From: a virus
Direction: 5' to 3' (one strand)
DNA: 64,000 nucleotides
IMG/VR virus record: IMGVR_UViG_3300010165_000001
Coordinates: 1 to 64,000 of that record
This document shows positions 41,087-50,232 of this stretch, piece by piece. Positions within the stretch are counted from its first letter, which is position 1. Every line of letters begins with the position of its first letter. The notes beneath the pieces were generated by a model, which ran no database searches, was not told where the DNA came from, and saw only the letters and a program-made list of their open reading frames with translations. Position numbers and translations under genes: made by a program.

Positions 41087-41781
41087 TATTTTTCACCCTC
41101 AAATATATAAACTTCTCTGTCAATAATAGGGCAAAACACCATTTTCTTATTTCCTTCTAGTAATTCTTTATACTTTAAACTTCGTTTAATATCTTCATCT
41201 GGATTAGTTAATTCTTTGTACCTGCTTAAGACTTCATCAATTCTATTATCAAAATAGTTTTGGTCTACTATCTCTAAGTAATCTACTTTAGCATTACTCA
41301 TTAAGATTTTATTGTCTCCAATATCTTCAACTTCCTTAACCTTTAAACCTTCTTCTAACTTCTGAACCATTTCTCCTTGTGTAATGCTATTATCACCAAT
41401 TTTGAATAATAGTTCACAGTTATTCACATAATCTAGTGTATCTTTAGATATAGGTTCTTCTCCCATATCTTCAACTTCTAGAATATAATCTTCTAAGTTC
41501 ACAGGTTCTTTACCTAAAGCAATGTAACTACCTTGAGGAATATCATAGAATTCACTTGCATACTTATCTACATGAATATATAGAAGGTTTGCTTGTTCAT
41601 TCTTTTTAAGTTCCTCAAAGTCTCCAATAAAATCACTTGTATTGTCTTTGAATAAGTTATTAATCATTGTCTCCTTAGTGTAGTTATGGTTCTCAACTTT
41701 TTCATGAGTACCTTCAGGTAGACTTTCTAATTTCTTAGATTGTTTAAGTTCATTAATTCTATCTTGTATATTTTTACGCAA
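41086..41781 (-). CDS. hypothetical acidic protein
   Basis: ORF in operon. Confidence 0.7.
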   Translation of the reverse strand: MRKNIQDRINELKQSKKLESLPEGTHEKVENHNYTKETMINNLFKDNTSDFIGDFEELKKNEQANLLYIHVDKYASEFYDIPQGSYIALGKEPVNLEDYILEVEDMGEEPISKDTLDYVNNCELLFKIGDNSITQGEMVQKLEEGLKVKEVEDIGDNKILMSNAKVDYLEIVDQNYFDNRIDEVLSRYKELTNPDEDIKRSLKYKELLEGNKKMVFCPIIDREVYIFEGEK

Positions 41782-41795
41782 TATAAATCTCTCCT

Positions 41796-42224
41796 TTAGT
41801 CACTAAGGATTTCTTCTCTCTCTTTATCTTTTCTTGGTACATCATATTTATCTAAGATATAGTATAAACCATTCTTATATAAATCATACTTCTCATAAAT
41901 ATCTTTAAGTTTCATAAACTGATAATCATTAATTAATTCTTGTAAGACTTTTGGATTATCTAGAATATGACTTACTCTTTCTTCTACCTTTAAACTCTTT
42001 CTACGATTTAATCTACCATAGTTATTAACAACAGATTGTACAGTACCACTACTAATCTTAAACTCTTTCATAATTTCTCTCATTGTAAAACCTGCATAGT
42101 AAGCTTCACAAATTGCTTTTTCCTTTTCAGTCTTGAAAGACTTCTTACTAATTGGTGTATACTCTTTCTTTGGTGTTACCTTTTGTTTATCTTTATTACT
42201 TAATTTAATTTCCACAATACCCAC
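41796..42224 (-). CDS. DNA-binding protein with sigma-70 region-4/LuxR-like HTH
   Basis: AYYAGFTMREIMKEFKISSGTVQSVVNNY. Confidence 0.55.
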   Translation of the reverse strand: MGIVEIKLSNKDKQKVTPKKEYTPISKKSFKTEKEKAICEAYYAGFTMREIMKEFKISSGTVQSVVNNYGRLNRRKSLKVEERVSHILDNPKVLQELINDYQFMKLKDIYEKYDLYKNGLYYILDKYDVPRKDKEREEILSD

Positions 42225-42230
42225 TCCTAA

Positions 42231-42671
42231 TTAATATTTATTTAAATCTGATTCTTTATATACATTTGAATCATTACTTACAGTATACCAGTAATCTTTA
42301 TTATTGTCAATATAAATATTTGTAATTTCTGCAATATCTTTTTCAAACCCATCAACAGGGTTATAAGATACAGGTTGCCCAATCTTAAATCTGTTATCTT
42401 GTTCTTGCCATTCAGAATCTAAATACACTTTATAGTTCATTAAAGCATTTAAAGAATAATTATTTAATTGCCAATAACGATTATAATAGAAGGTTTCTTT
42501 TTTAGTATCTAGACTTGTTTCTGTAGCTGTATACTTTCCTTTCTTAATACGTATTAAGACTGGTGTACCTTCTTGGTCTACTCTTAAAACATTACCTTCT
42601 TCTAATAATCTTACTATATCTACAATACTATCTATCGGTTTTAATTCTTTAACTTCTTTTAAATCAGACAT
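42231..42671 (-). CDS. hypothetical protein
   Basis: ORF in operon. Confidence 0.7.
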   Translation of the reverse strand: MSDLKEVKELKPIDSIVDIVRLLEEGNVLRVDQEGTPVLIRIKKGKYTATETSLDTKKETFYYNRYWQLNNYSLNALMNYKVYLDSEWQEQDNRFKIGQPVSYNPVDGFEKDIAEITNIYIDNNKDYWYTVSNDSNVYKESDLNKY

Positions 42672-42682
42672 TTAAACTCTCC

Positions 42683-43423
42683 TTAAATAGAGTATCCAAT
42701 ACGTTCTAATGATTCCTTAAGTTTTCTATCTTCATCATCTAAGTCTAAGTTTCTGTAGAATTCTTCTTCGACCTCTTGCATTTTATTTAATACTTCTTCA
42801 TGTTGGTCTTCTGGAATATATTCTAACATTGTTTCAGTCATAGCGGTTTCCTTAGCTACTTGTTTTAACTGTAATTCTCTTAAACCTAATAAAGACATTC
42901 CTTTTAATTGACCATCAGTAATCTTATCTTTAATTTCAATAGCTTTCATAGCAATACTAGGGTCTAGTGTGTAAATCTCATCTAAACCTATATCACCTTT
43001 ACTAATAATTTTATCTAAGAAACTAACATCATCTAAAAGGTCTCTCGTCTTACTCATTGTAGCATTAAAAGGATGGTTTTCACTATTAGGGTTTGTATCT
43101 AGAATATCTTGTTCTTTATGTTCTATAGAAACAACATTTGTTTTCTTACGTTTATCTAGATAGTCACCTAAGTCCCAACCATTCTTAACACATTCTTCTC
43201 TAGATTTACTATATCTAGACAATGAAGGAATAGAAATATCAAAATCATATGCTTGACAAAGCTCTTGTATCTCTTCTAAAGTATATCCTTTATCTAAAGC
43301 ATTGTGTACTTTAGAGGATAGCTCTTTATTATTATAAAGCTTTGTTTGAACATTTTCTCGTTTTGGTTTCTCTTGTTTTGACTTTGCATCATTTTTATTT
43401 CTTAAATTTTTCTTATTACTCAT
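42683..43423 (-). CDS. hypothetical protein with basic N-terminus and possible HTH
   Basis: LDKGYTLEEIQELCQAYDFDISIPSLSRYSK; SD TAGGAGCG. Confidence 0.6.
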   Translation of the reverse strand: MSNKKNLRNKNDAKSKQEKPKRENVQTKLYNNKELSSKVHNALDKGYTLEEIQELCQAYDFDISIPSLSRYSKSREECVKNGWDLGDYLDKRKKTNVVSIEHKEQDILDTNPNSENHPFNATMSKTRDLLDDVSFLDKIISKGDIGLDEIYTLDPSIAMKAIEIKDKITDGQLKGMSLLGLRELQLKQVAKETAMTETMLEYIPEDQHEEVLNKMQEVEEEFYRNLDLDDEDRKLKESLERIGYSI

Positions 43424-43743
43424 TATCCTTACGCTCCTAATATAATAGTTAAACTTTTTGAATTGAAAATTATAGTTAAATATGACCCTTAAATCATTGA
43501 CACTAAAGGGTTTAGTATTTCGGTTTTCAGTATTAATATATCAACTTTTTACAGTTTTTAATTAATAATAGTTCTCACTATAAAAAAGTACACTAAGTAG
43601 TATATTTTTTAACTGTATATATTGTATATACACACTATACATACTGGAAATATTTTCTAAACCATTTTCATTTTTTATTTCTAAAGTGAAAACCATTTTC
43701 AAAATATCTAACTATTAACTATACAATTATGTGTATGAAAAAT

Positions 43744-43968
43744 CTATTTAGTACGGTCTACATCATCTAAATTCTTTAGTTCAGGCTCTGAATTAGACTC
43801 AGAAGTTACTTCTTCAGAATCAGACTCATAGTCATCTTCCTCATCGTATCCCTCATCATCATAATATAATTGGTCATATAAACCATCTTCCCAATTCTCA
43901 TCTATCTTTTTACTTAGGTATAAACCTACACCTGCACAAACCATGAATATTAAAATATACATAAACAT
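43744..43968 (-). CDS. single-TM protein with acidic tail
   Basis: MFMYILIFMVCAGVGLYL then a D/E/Y-rich tail. Confidence 0.65.
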   Translation of the reverse strand: MFMYILIFMVCAGVGLYLSKKIDENWEDGLYDQLYYDDEGYDEEDDYESDSEEVTSESNSEPELKNLDDVDRTK

Positions 43969-43977
43969 GTAAAAAAA

Positions 43978-44029
43978 CCTCCTTGATTAATTATACTCTT
44001 AGTATACATTAATCAAGGAGGGTTGTCAA
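43978..44029 (-). promoter_or_regulatory. long terminator hairpin sequestering the downstream SD, with an internal promoter
   Basis: Arms 43978-91 / 44008-21 (14 bp) plus inner TATACT/AGTATA; U7 follows; TTGACA (rc 44024-29)-17-TATACT (rc 44001-06). Confidence 0.6.
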
Positions 44030-44032
44030 GCA

Positions 44033-44959
44033 TTAAATATAAATTGTTAGTTCTTTTTCTTTACCAAAATTAAAGTTTAACTCAAATCTTGTATTATCTG
44101 CTTTAGATATAACTTCTGCACTTTTTAATTTACTTAAGTCTAAATTAATAAATGAATTACTACTCAAGACAGATACTCTTTGGTCTTCTTGATTAACAAT
44201 AATACGCATACCTTTATAATTAATATTAAATAGGTTTACTCTAAGTTCTTCACCTGAATAATAAGCTCCACCTATTTCTTTATTTAATATTGTGTTACCA
44301 CTAATCAACATTAGTAAGTTTCTAGCACTTGTAGGTGTTAAAGATTCTTCTAATGATAACTTACCTAATAAAGTTTCTCCGTCATATTCTGGTACTGTAG
44401 TTAATATCTCTACACCATGTGTGTATTCTACACCCTCATCATTAAAATCAGTTACAATACCCGTTTCATAAATACGGTATAAACGATATTTATTATCTTT
44501 ACCTATCTTGAAGTCTTGGTATTCTACAGTAGGATTAACAAACTGATGTCTCATACTTACTCTAAAGTTTTCTGAAGTCTTCATATCTTTAAGGATTTGA
44601 GCAGTTAAGAAACCTTGTCCTACATTAAGTTGTCCATAAAGTTCATTCATATTTATGTCTGCAAAACCTGTTTGTTCTGCAATATACATAAAATCTTTAA
44701 GTCTATCTACATCAGAAGCATGAACTTTAAGTATACTTGTAAATTCTATGTTACTTGTATCAGATACATCATAGATATAAGAGTCACTAACAATACCTTC
44801 TATCATATTATCACTAATAACTTTTACACCTAATACTTCAAATTCTTTTTTCTTTAACTTATTTAAAAATGATTGTATTTTCATTTCTTTAATTGTACTT
44901 TTCATTTCTGTTTTATCCATAACTCTAATTCTATCCTTTCTTTTGGTCTTTAGATTCAT
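44033..44959 (-). CDS. hypothetical protein (308 aa)
   Basis: ORF in operon. Confidence 0.7.
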   Translation of the reverse strand: MNLKTKRKDRIRVMDKTEMKSTIKEMKIQSFLNKLKKKEFEVLGVKVISDNMIEGIVSDSYIYDVSDTSNIEFTSILKVHASDVDRLKDFMYIAEQTGFADINMNELYGQLNVGQGFLTAQILKDMKTSENFRVSMRHQFVNPTVEYQDFKIGKDNKYRLYRIYETGIVTDFNDEGVEYTHGVEILTTVPEYDGETLLGKLSLEESLTPTSARNLLMLISGNTILNKEIGGAYYSGEELRVNLFNINYKGMRIIVNQEDQRVSVLSSNSFINLDLSKLKSAEVISKADNTRFELNFNFGKEKELTIYI

Positions 44960-45389
44960 TAGTTAGACTTCTAGCTTTCCTACCAGAAACTCTAACCCTA
45001 TATCTAAAGATAATAATTAAGTTTGTTTGAGTAAATGTTCTTTGTTCTCTAATACTACATTTACCTAACAACTTTTTCCCTTTTCTTATATAATATACCC
45101 TATCTGTATGAAGAATATCTTCCGTTTTCTTATGCTGTCTTACTGTAAGGAATTGTTCTTTAATATTTAAGAAATCTGTAATTAAATTTAAGGCATATTT
45201 TCTTTGTAGACTTAAATCTTTAGATGATACATTTTTATATACTTTAACAAAAGCTATTTTATACTTAATTGTTTTAGCACTATCACTAATTTCTACTTTC
45301 TTTCGTTTATAAAATAAGGGTTTGTTATTTACACCTAACATATTTCCTAAGGGAGCATAGTTAACAAAAGGTTTATTTTTCTTTGTCAA
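44931..45389 (-). CDS. hypothetical basic protein
   Basis: ORF overlapping both neighbours. Confidence 0.6.
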   Translation of the reverse strand: MTKKNKPFVNYAPLGNMLGVNNKPLFYKRKKVEISDSAKTIKYKIAFVKVYKNVSSKDLSLQRKYALNLITDFLNIKEQFLTVRQHKKTEDILHTDRVYYIRKGKKLLGKCSIREQRTFTQTNLIIIFRYRVRVSGRKARSLTNESKDQKKG

Positions 45390-46125
45390 GTAAATCCCCC
45401 ATTTCTGTGTTTAAAGCTTTAAAGAAGTTATCTTCAACAATCTTCCATCTATCATTATAACCATAAATAACAGTTCTTGTAAAGAGTTTATAAGCATTAT
45501 TCCATCCTAAATAACTAAGTAAACCATTAATAATCTGTGGTTTTGTATTTCTTTTTCTAGAAAAAGCTAAGTTATTCGCATGCCCTTCACCTGAAGAGTG
45601 TCCTTGAGCATTAATATTGTATCCTGTTCTAAATGTAACAGGGTCTCTTACGTACCTCATTAGAATAAGTAATACGTTCTTCCATAAAATATTCAAACAA
45701 TGATAAGGATTTCTATGTGGGCTATATGTTGCTTGCTTGTACTTACCTATCATTACTTCACCCTTAAACTCTATATAACTTAAAATACCTACATGATTAT
45801 GGTTATGGTCTTTTAAAATCTTCTCTACTTTAGGTAAATGTTTGTCATGACAGAGTACATATACATAAGAACACACCTGACTATAGTAAAACATTTGTTT
45901 ATTCAGTCTATGTGTGGAATCTCTCTCTGTCTTGATTTCTATACCTAATGTATGCCCGTTTTTATCTAATACAAAACAGTCCATAATACACTTACCTTGT
46001 GCTATAGCTTTCTCATTATATATACGAATGTCATCTATATCACTTGTAATCCCATCATCGTAGAATAAATGTCTTTCTTTTAATACTGCCTTCTTGATAT
46101 CTGCTTCATAAAATTTCTTAGACAT
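45373..46125 (-). CDS. possible PD-(D/E)XK-fold nuclease
   Basis: ..MDCFVLDKNGHTLGIEIKTERDS.. fits D..(D/E)xK; ATG 46125 preferred over track start 46167. Confidence 0.45.
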   Translation of the reverse strand: MSKKFYEADIKKAVLKERHLFYDDGITSDIDDIRIYNEKAIAQGKCIMDCFVLDKNGHTLGIEIKTERDSTHRLNKQMFYYSQVCSYVYVLCHDKHLPKVEKILKDHNHNHVGILSYIEFKGEVMIGKYKQATYSPHRNPYHCLNILWKNVLLILMRYVRDPVTFRTGYNINAQGHSSGEGHANNLAFSRKRNTKPQIINGLLSYLGWNNAYKLFTRTVIYGYNDRWKIVEDNFFKALNTEMGDLLDKEK

Positions 46126-46657
46126 TGATATTATCTTCCACCATTCTCTGATACTCTGAAATAACACTTTCTAATGGAACATAAGACTTAACCCAAGATA
46201 TTGTTTCTAATGAAATAAACACTCCTGTGTAGTCCCCACCTGTTTGTTTTGCTCCTTTATTACTATAAATCGTACCTTCAGGTCTACGTTCAAAGAAACC
46301 TTTACCATACTTACCTGTAATAGTATCTCTACCATTATGAACAACTACAGAAGCAAATAAAGGGTCTTCATAAACAGTTTTATACTCATACTTATCTCCT
46401 ACACTACGTCTAATAGAATCACTTAATGTTGTTCCTCCAGGTAAGAGTTTATCAGTTTTATTGATAGAAACTTTCTTATGTGCTCTTGTAGGTTTATCAG
46501 ACTTAGGGTCTTGCACCCTATAAACTAACACATACTCCTCTCCATATTCCTCAATATAAACTATGTAATACTGCGGAACATCTTTAAAGTAATATATACC
46601 TTCACTAATACGTGTTGTTAGGTTATTTTCTTCCATATTTAAGTTACTGAATTCCAT
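46118..46657 (-). CDS. hypothetical protein
   Basis: ORF; SD GAGAGGTGA. Confidence 0.65.
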   Translation of the reverse strand: MEFSNLNMEENNLTTRISEGIYYFKDVPQYYIVYIEEYGEEYVLVYRVQDPKSDKPTRAHKKVSINKTDKLLPGGTTLSDSIRRSVGDKYEYKTVYEDPLFASVVVHNGRDTITGKYGKGFFERRPEGTIYSNKGAKQTGGDYTGVFISLETISWVKSYVPLESVISEYQRMVEDNINV

Positions 46658-46678
46658 CTATTTCACCTCTCTCTATCT

Positions 46679-46720
46679 ATTATAGCATAAAAAAAGAGAT
46701 AAGTCAAATTACTTATCTCT
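46679..46720 (-). promoter_or_regulatory. terminator hairpin with -35 box in its loop, fused to promoter
   Basis: AGAGATAAGT/ACTTATCTCT stem 46695-46720, TTGACT (rc 46702-07), T-run, TATAAT (rc 46679-84). Confidence 0.65.
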
Positions 46721-47035
46721 CTTCTGTAACAATGATACAATTAAATTACCTAGTAAAGTACATACAGTATATAAGATGTAAGCACCTACTGTTACCCATA
46801 TTACATTATTAAATGTAAATGATAAAGGTGTAGTAGGTATTTTTAAAACTATACATCCTACAATAATAAATACCAATTGAGGTACAATTGTATAACTATA
46901 TGTCCATTTAGGAAAGCTCTCTCCTGTTCTTTGGAAAGCTTTCCTTTCTTCAATTAGTCCTGTAGTTACTTGAACAGCTGTGTTAACTGTTGTGACAAAT
47001 AATAAAACATATATAACAATATTAATTAGTTCCAT
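46709..47035 (-). CDS. three-TM membrane protein
   Basis: Hydrophobic spans throughout. Confidence 0.7.
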   Translation of the reverse strand: MELINIVIYVLLFVTTVNTAVQVTTGLIEERKAFQRTGESFPKWTYSYTIVPQLVFIIVGCIVLKIPTTPLSFTFNNVIWVTVGAYILYTVCTLLGNLIVSLLQKRDK

Positions 47036-47043
47036 TTGCTCAC

Positions 47044-48288
47044 CTACAAATAAACTGTTTTAAGTTCAATATCATCTGAATTATGTTCCAAGAACAATAA
47101 TTGCTGAGAAGGTGCTGTACGTGATAAGTTAAGTTCTTTGCTATATGTGTTATAACCAATCGTACTACCTACTGTAATATGTTGTCTTGTATAATCTTCT
47201 TGTTTAACTTTAAGATGGTGTACATGTCCTGTAATAAGGATATCAAACACTTGGTCTTTAATAAACTTAGGAATATGGTTTACATTACCTTTAAGTGTAT
47301 CTCCATGATTTACAATAATATTCTTACCACATACTTGGTCTTCAATTGTGTATACATCGTCCCTATTATCAATAATTTCAATACCATTAAATAATTCTAA
47401 TTCCTGTAAATTAATCAATGTATCTAAAACAATGTAAGCTACATTATCATTGTAAATCTTTTCATTCTTATTACCTTGTAAACGGTCATGATTTCCACCA
47501 ATCATACCAAACTTCAAGTTACCTTCAGTTACATCACTAATTTGTTGGATTACATCAATCAATAATCGAGTACCTTTTGTAATTTGCTCTGATAAAGTAA
47601 ACTCTGTATCAAATGCTTGGTTTACATTTCTCATTGAAACGTGTTCGATAAGGTCTCCTACAAAGTATATTGTAACATTACGAATATCTCTTTCCAAGAT
47701 TTCTTTTACTGTTTTATTAACAAAGTGTTGGATACGTTCTTTTAAGATTTCAAAGTTATATCCACCTGTTTTAGAATCTTTAAACTGGTAACCAATATGA
47801 GTATCGCTCAATAATACAACTAATTCTTTATCATTAGACTCTTTAATAGTAATACCTGATTCTCTATCTAAGATAGGTTCCTCAATAGACTTAAAATCTT
47901 CTCTTAAGTCTTGCATAAGTATTGTAGTATAAGCATGAGGTTCTTGTTGTTTCCTAACCTCTCTTAGTTCGGCTAACCTACGCTTGTTATCTACAACATA
48001 GTTAGATACAGCATCTACGAGTTTCTTATCTTCAAAAGGTTTATCACCTGTAACTCCTTCTACTGTATCTAAAGTAATTTCACCATCAATTGCTTGTTCT
48101 TTAATATCTGCTAAATAATTATCAGCATCGATTTCATTATAAATCTCTTGTATCTCTTTTGCCCTTACTCTATCTAATCCTAGTTCATTGATAATCTTAT
48201 TGAATTTAGATGATACAATCTTACCTTCATCTCTTAATAAGACACCAAAGACGACTGCATATACTTCTTCTACTGTGTTAAACTTCAT
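47044..48288 (-). CDS. Mre11/SbcD-like metallophosphoesterase with ~150-aa N-terminal extension
   Basis: LSDTHIG, VGDLIEH, GGNHDR, VNHGD, TGHVHH motifs in canonical order. Confidence 0.75.
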   Translation of the reverse strand: MKFNTVEEVYAVVFGVLLRDEGKIVSSKFNKIINELGLDRVRAKEIQEIYNEIDADNYLADIKEQAIDGEITLDTVEGVTGDKPFEDKKLVDAVSNYVVDNKRRLAELREVRKQQEPHAYTTILMQDLREDFKSIEEPILDRESGITIKESNDKELVVLLSDTHIGYQFKDSKTGGYNFEILKERIQHFVNKTVKEILERDIRNVTIYFVGDLIEHVSMRNVNQAFDTEFTLSEQITKGTRLLIDVIQQISDVTEGNLKFGMIGGNHDRLQGNKNEKIYNDNVAYIVLDTLINLQELELFNGIEIIDNRDDVYTIEDQVCGKNIIVNHGDTLKGNVNHIPKFIKDQVFDILITGHVHHLKVKQEDYTRQHITVGSTIGYNTYSKELNLSRTAPSQQLLFLEHNSDDIELKTVYL

Positions 48289-49006
48289 TGTTCTCCTCCA
48301 TAAATTTCTTTATTTGTTTTCCTAATACGTTAATGTGACTAGGTATAAACATACTTACAATATTTGAATGTTCTGGATAGTCTAAGTTAAATATTTCACA
48401 CACTTTATCTTTGTCTACATCTTTCATATAAATAGTTAAGATGTCATTATTACTTCTAGTTTGTGAAACAGTAATAAATAAACCACTTGTATTTTTAAGT
48501 GCTTCGTGTGCTAATAATATCTTAAGTTTAGGGTCATTCTCATATAATAAATAGATATGTTTATCACCTATATTACTATAATAACACTTTTCTATTAATT
48601 CGTCAAGCTTAATTGGGTTATTATCCGAAATAAAACTTTGAATATTTTGATTGTATTCTAAAAAGTTAAAGTAATTATCGTGTTCTAATGCTACTCTCTT
48701 AAGTTCTTTGCTACTTTCAAGTAAACCTAAATAAAGTAATTGATGAATGATACTATAATGTTTCTTATCTTCTCCTACAGTATTAAAACCTTGAGGCATT
48801 GTACCTATGTTAGTGATAAAGTAAGTATTCTTGTTTTTAAAATAATCAAACTTACCTTCTTTATAGATGAAACCGATTAAAATATATTGTTCATTATCTA
48901 CATATCTAATAGGTTCTTTTTCTATATCTGATATACCATGAGTTTCTTTAAACAATCTAGGTATATATTTACTTTGTGTACTTTTCTCATTATATATAAC
49001 TATCAT
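48278..49006 (-). CDS. hypothetical protein
   Basis: ORF overlapping the downstream start. Confidence 0.7.
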   Translation of the reverse strand: MIVIYNEKSTQSKYIPRLFKETHGISDIEKEPIRYVDNEQYILIGFIYKEGKFDYFKNKNTYFITNIGTMPQGFNTVGEDKKHYSIIHQLLYLGLLESSKELKRVALEHDNYFNFLEYNQNIQSFISDNNPIKLDELIEKCYYSNIGDKHIYLLYENDPKLKILLAHEALKNTSGLFITVSQTRSNNDILTIYMKDVDKDKVCEIFNLDYPEHSNIVSMFIPSHINVLGKQIKKFMEENNEV

Positions 49007-49020
49007 ATAAACCTCCTTGT

Positions 49021-49233
49021 CTATCCCATAATATTATCGTCATCTAATTTATCGATATACTTTCTTACAGAATCGTTTTTAGTTTCGATGTTTTTTATAG
49101 CTTTGCAAATATGATTAGTTCCTAATGTTATCGCTGCAACTATCAGTAAAGTATCGAATTTAAAATCGTGAAATTTACTCATACCTTCTTTGAGGTTGGC
49201 ATATACCTTTTCAAGTTCTATTAAAGAATACAT
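49021..49233 (-). CDS. hypothetical small protein
   Basis: ORF abutting upstream gene. Confidence 0.6.
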   Translation of the reverse strand: MYSLIELEKVYANLKEGMSKFHDFKFDTLLIVAAITLGTNHICKAIKNIETKNDSVRKYIDKLDDDNIMG

Positions 49234-49458
49234 TTACTCGTCCTCCTTGTCGTACTCATAGTCATATACCAATGTACGTATATCGTCTGCTAAGTCCTGT
49301 GAAACAAATTCTGTTTTAACTTTTTTAATCACTTCATCAAAAGCCTTAGCTTTGCGATAGACTTCTTGTAGTTCTTTTAATATCTCTTTCTTTTCACTCT
49401 CGACCCACACACCTGATAACTTAGCAATTAAATTTTTCGTCTCATATTCATACGCCAT
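49234..49458 (-). CDS. hypothetical small protein, related to 22858..23106
   Basis: VYRKAKAFDEVI motif. Confidence 0.65.
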   Translation of the reverse strand: MAYEYETKNLIAKLSGVWVESEKKEILKELQEVYRKAKAFDEVIKKVKTEFVSQDLADDIRTLVYDYEYDKEDE

Positions 49459-49800
49459 CTAATCACGCTCCAATCTATCAATGTAGTTAACCAAATCTAT
49501 ATAACGACTTACCCCTGGGTTCATTTCTGCTTTTGTCCGTATGTGACTGGTTAGGGTGGTGTATCTATCTTCTATTACTTCAAACGATTCTTGATAGCGA
49601 TAACATTTAACCCTAAGGTCTCTATAGAACTCCTGTAACTCCTCGTTCTCTCGTTCCAACCGTTTATTATTCGCACGCAAGACGATTAAATCATCCACAC
49701 AGTGTTGGTACGCTTTTTTGTATTGATTAAGTTCATTCATTACTTGTCTATATTCATTTTCAGACATTGTTATTCTATCGCTTTTGACATCTATTCTCAC
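49459..49800 (-). CDS. coiled-coil protein
   Basis: GTG start inside the 20-bp repeat AAGGAGTGATGGCGAGTG. Confidence 0.65.
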   Translation of the reverse strand: MRIDVKSDRITMSENEYRQVMNELNQYKKAYQHCVDDLIVLRANNKRLERENEELQEFYRDLRVKCYRYQESFEVIEDRYTTLTSHIRTKAEMNPGVSRYIDLVNYIDRLERD

Positions 49801-49817
49801 TCGCCATCACTCCTTTA
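49798..49817. repeat. 20-bp perfect direct repeat, copy 1
   Basis: cactcgccatcactccttta, identical to 50213-50232; encodes SD + GTG start in minus sense. Confidence 0.9.
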
Positions 49818-50024
49818 TTGATTAGGTAATCCATAACTCATGCACTCATTAAACAGTTCATCTTGTGCTATCCCTTTTTTGAGTTCGTGTATTTTATTAC
49901 TCACTTCTTCATTACTCATCATCTTTATTTCAGTTTTTGATAACATACCTTCTTCAGATATATCGCTGTCATAATACTGTGCTTGTAATGATTGAACATA
50001 CTTTACTTGTTTATCTGTAGCCAT
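49815..50024 (-). CDS. hypothetical small protein (MATDKQVKYVQSL..), related to 51624..51842
   Basis: ATG 50024 after GAGGAGTGA preferred over track start 50057. Confidence 0.6.
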   Translation of the reverse strand: MATDKQVKYVQSLQAQYYDSDISEEGMLSKTEIKMMSNEEVSNKIHELKKGIAQDELFNECMSYGLPNQ

Positions 50025-50029
50025 TTTAA

Positions 50030-50215
50030 TCACTCCTCGTAATTTCGTGTGTTCCATATCTTAACTAACTTATCTACGCTATCTGTTTTAACGTGTAACC
50101 ATGTAGAAGGTTGTAATTTACATTTAGTGTTAGTACATTCAACTAAAGCTTTGTCGAAACTATAACTTAAATCTGCACGACCTCCACAAAAGGGGCAGGG
50201 TTTTAATAATTCCAC
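50030..50215 (-). CDS. Lar-family restriction-alleviation-like zinc-ribbon protein
   Basis: LKPCPFCGG..ECTNTKC..IWNTR in 61 aa matches the Lar family pattern. Confidence 0.65.
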   Translation of the reverse strand: MELLKPCPFCGGRADLSYSFDKALVECTNTKCKLQPSTWLHVKTDSVDKLVKIWNTRNYEE

Positions 50216-50232
50216 TCGCCATCACTCCTTTA
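50213..50232. repeat. 20-bp perfect direct repeat, copy 2
   Basis: See 49798-49817. Confidence 0.9.
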
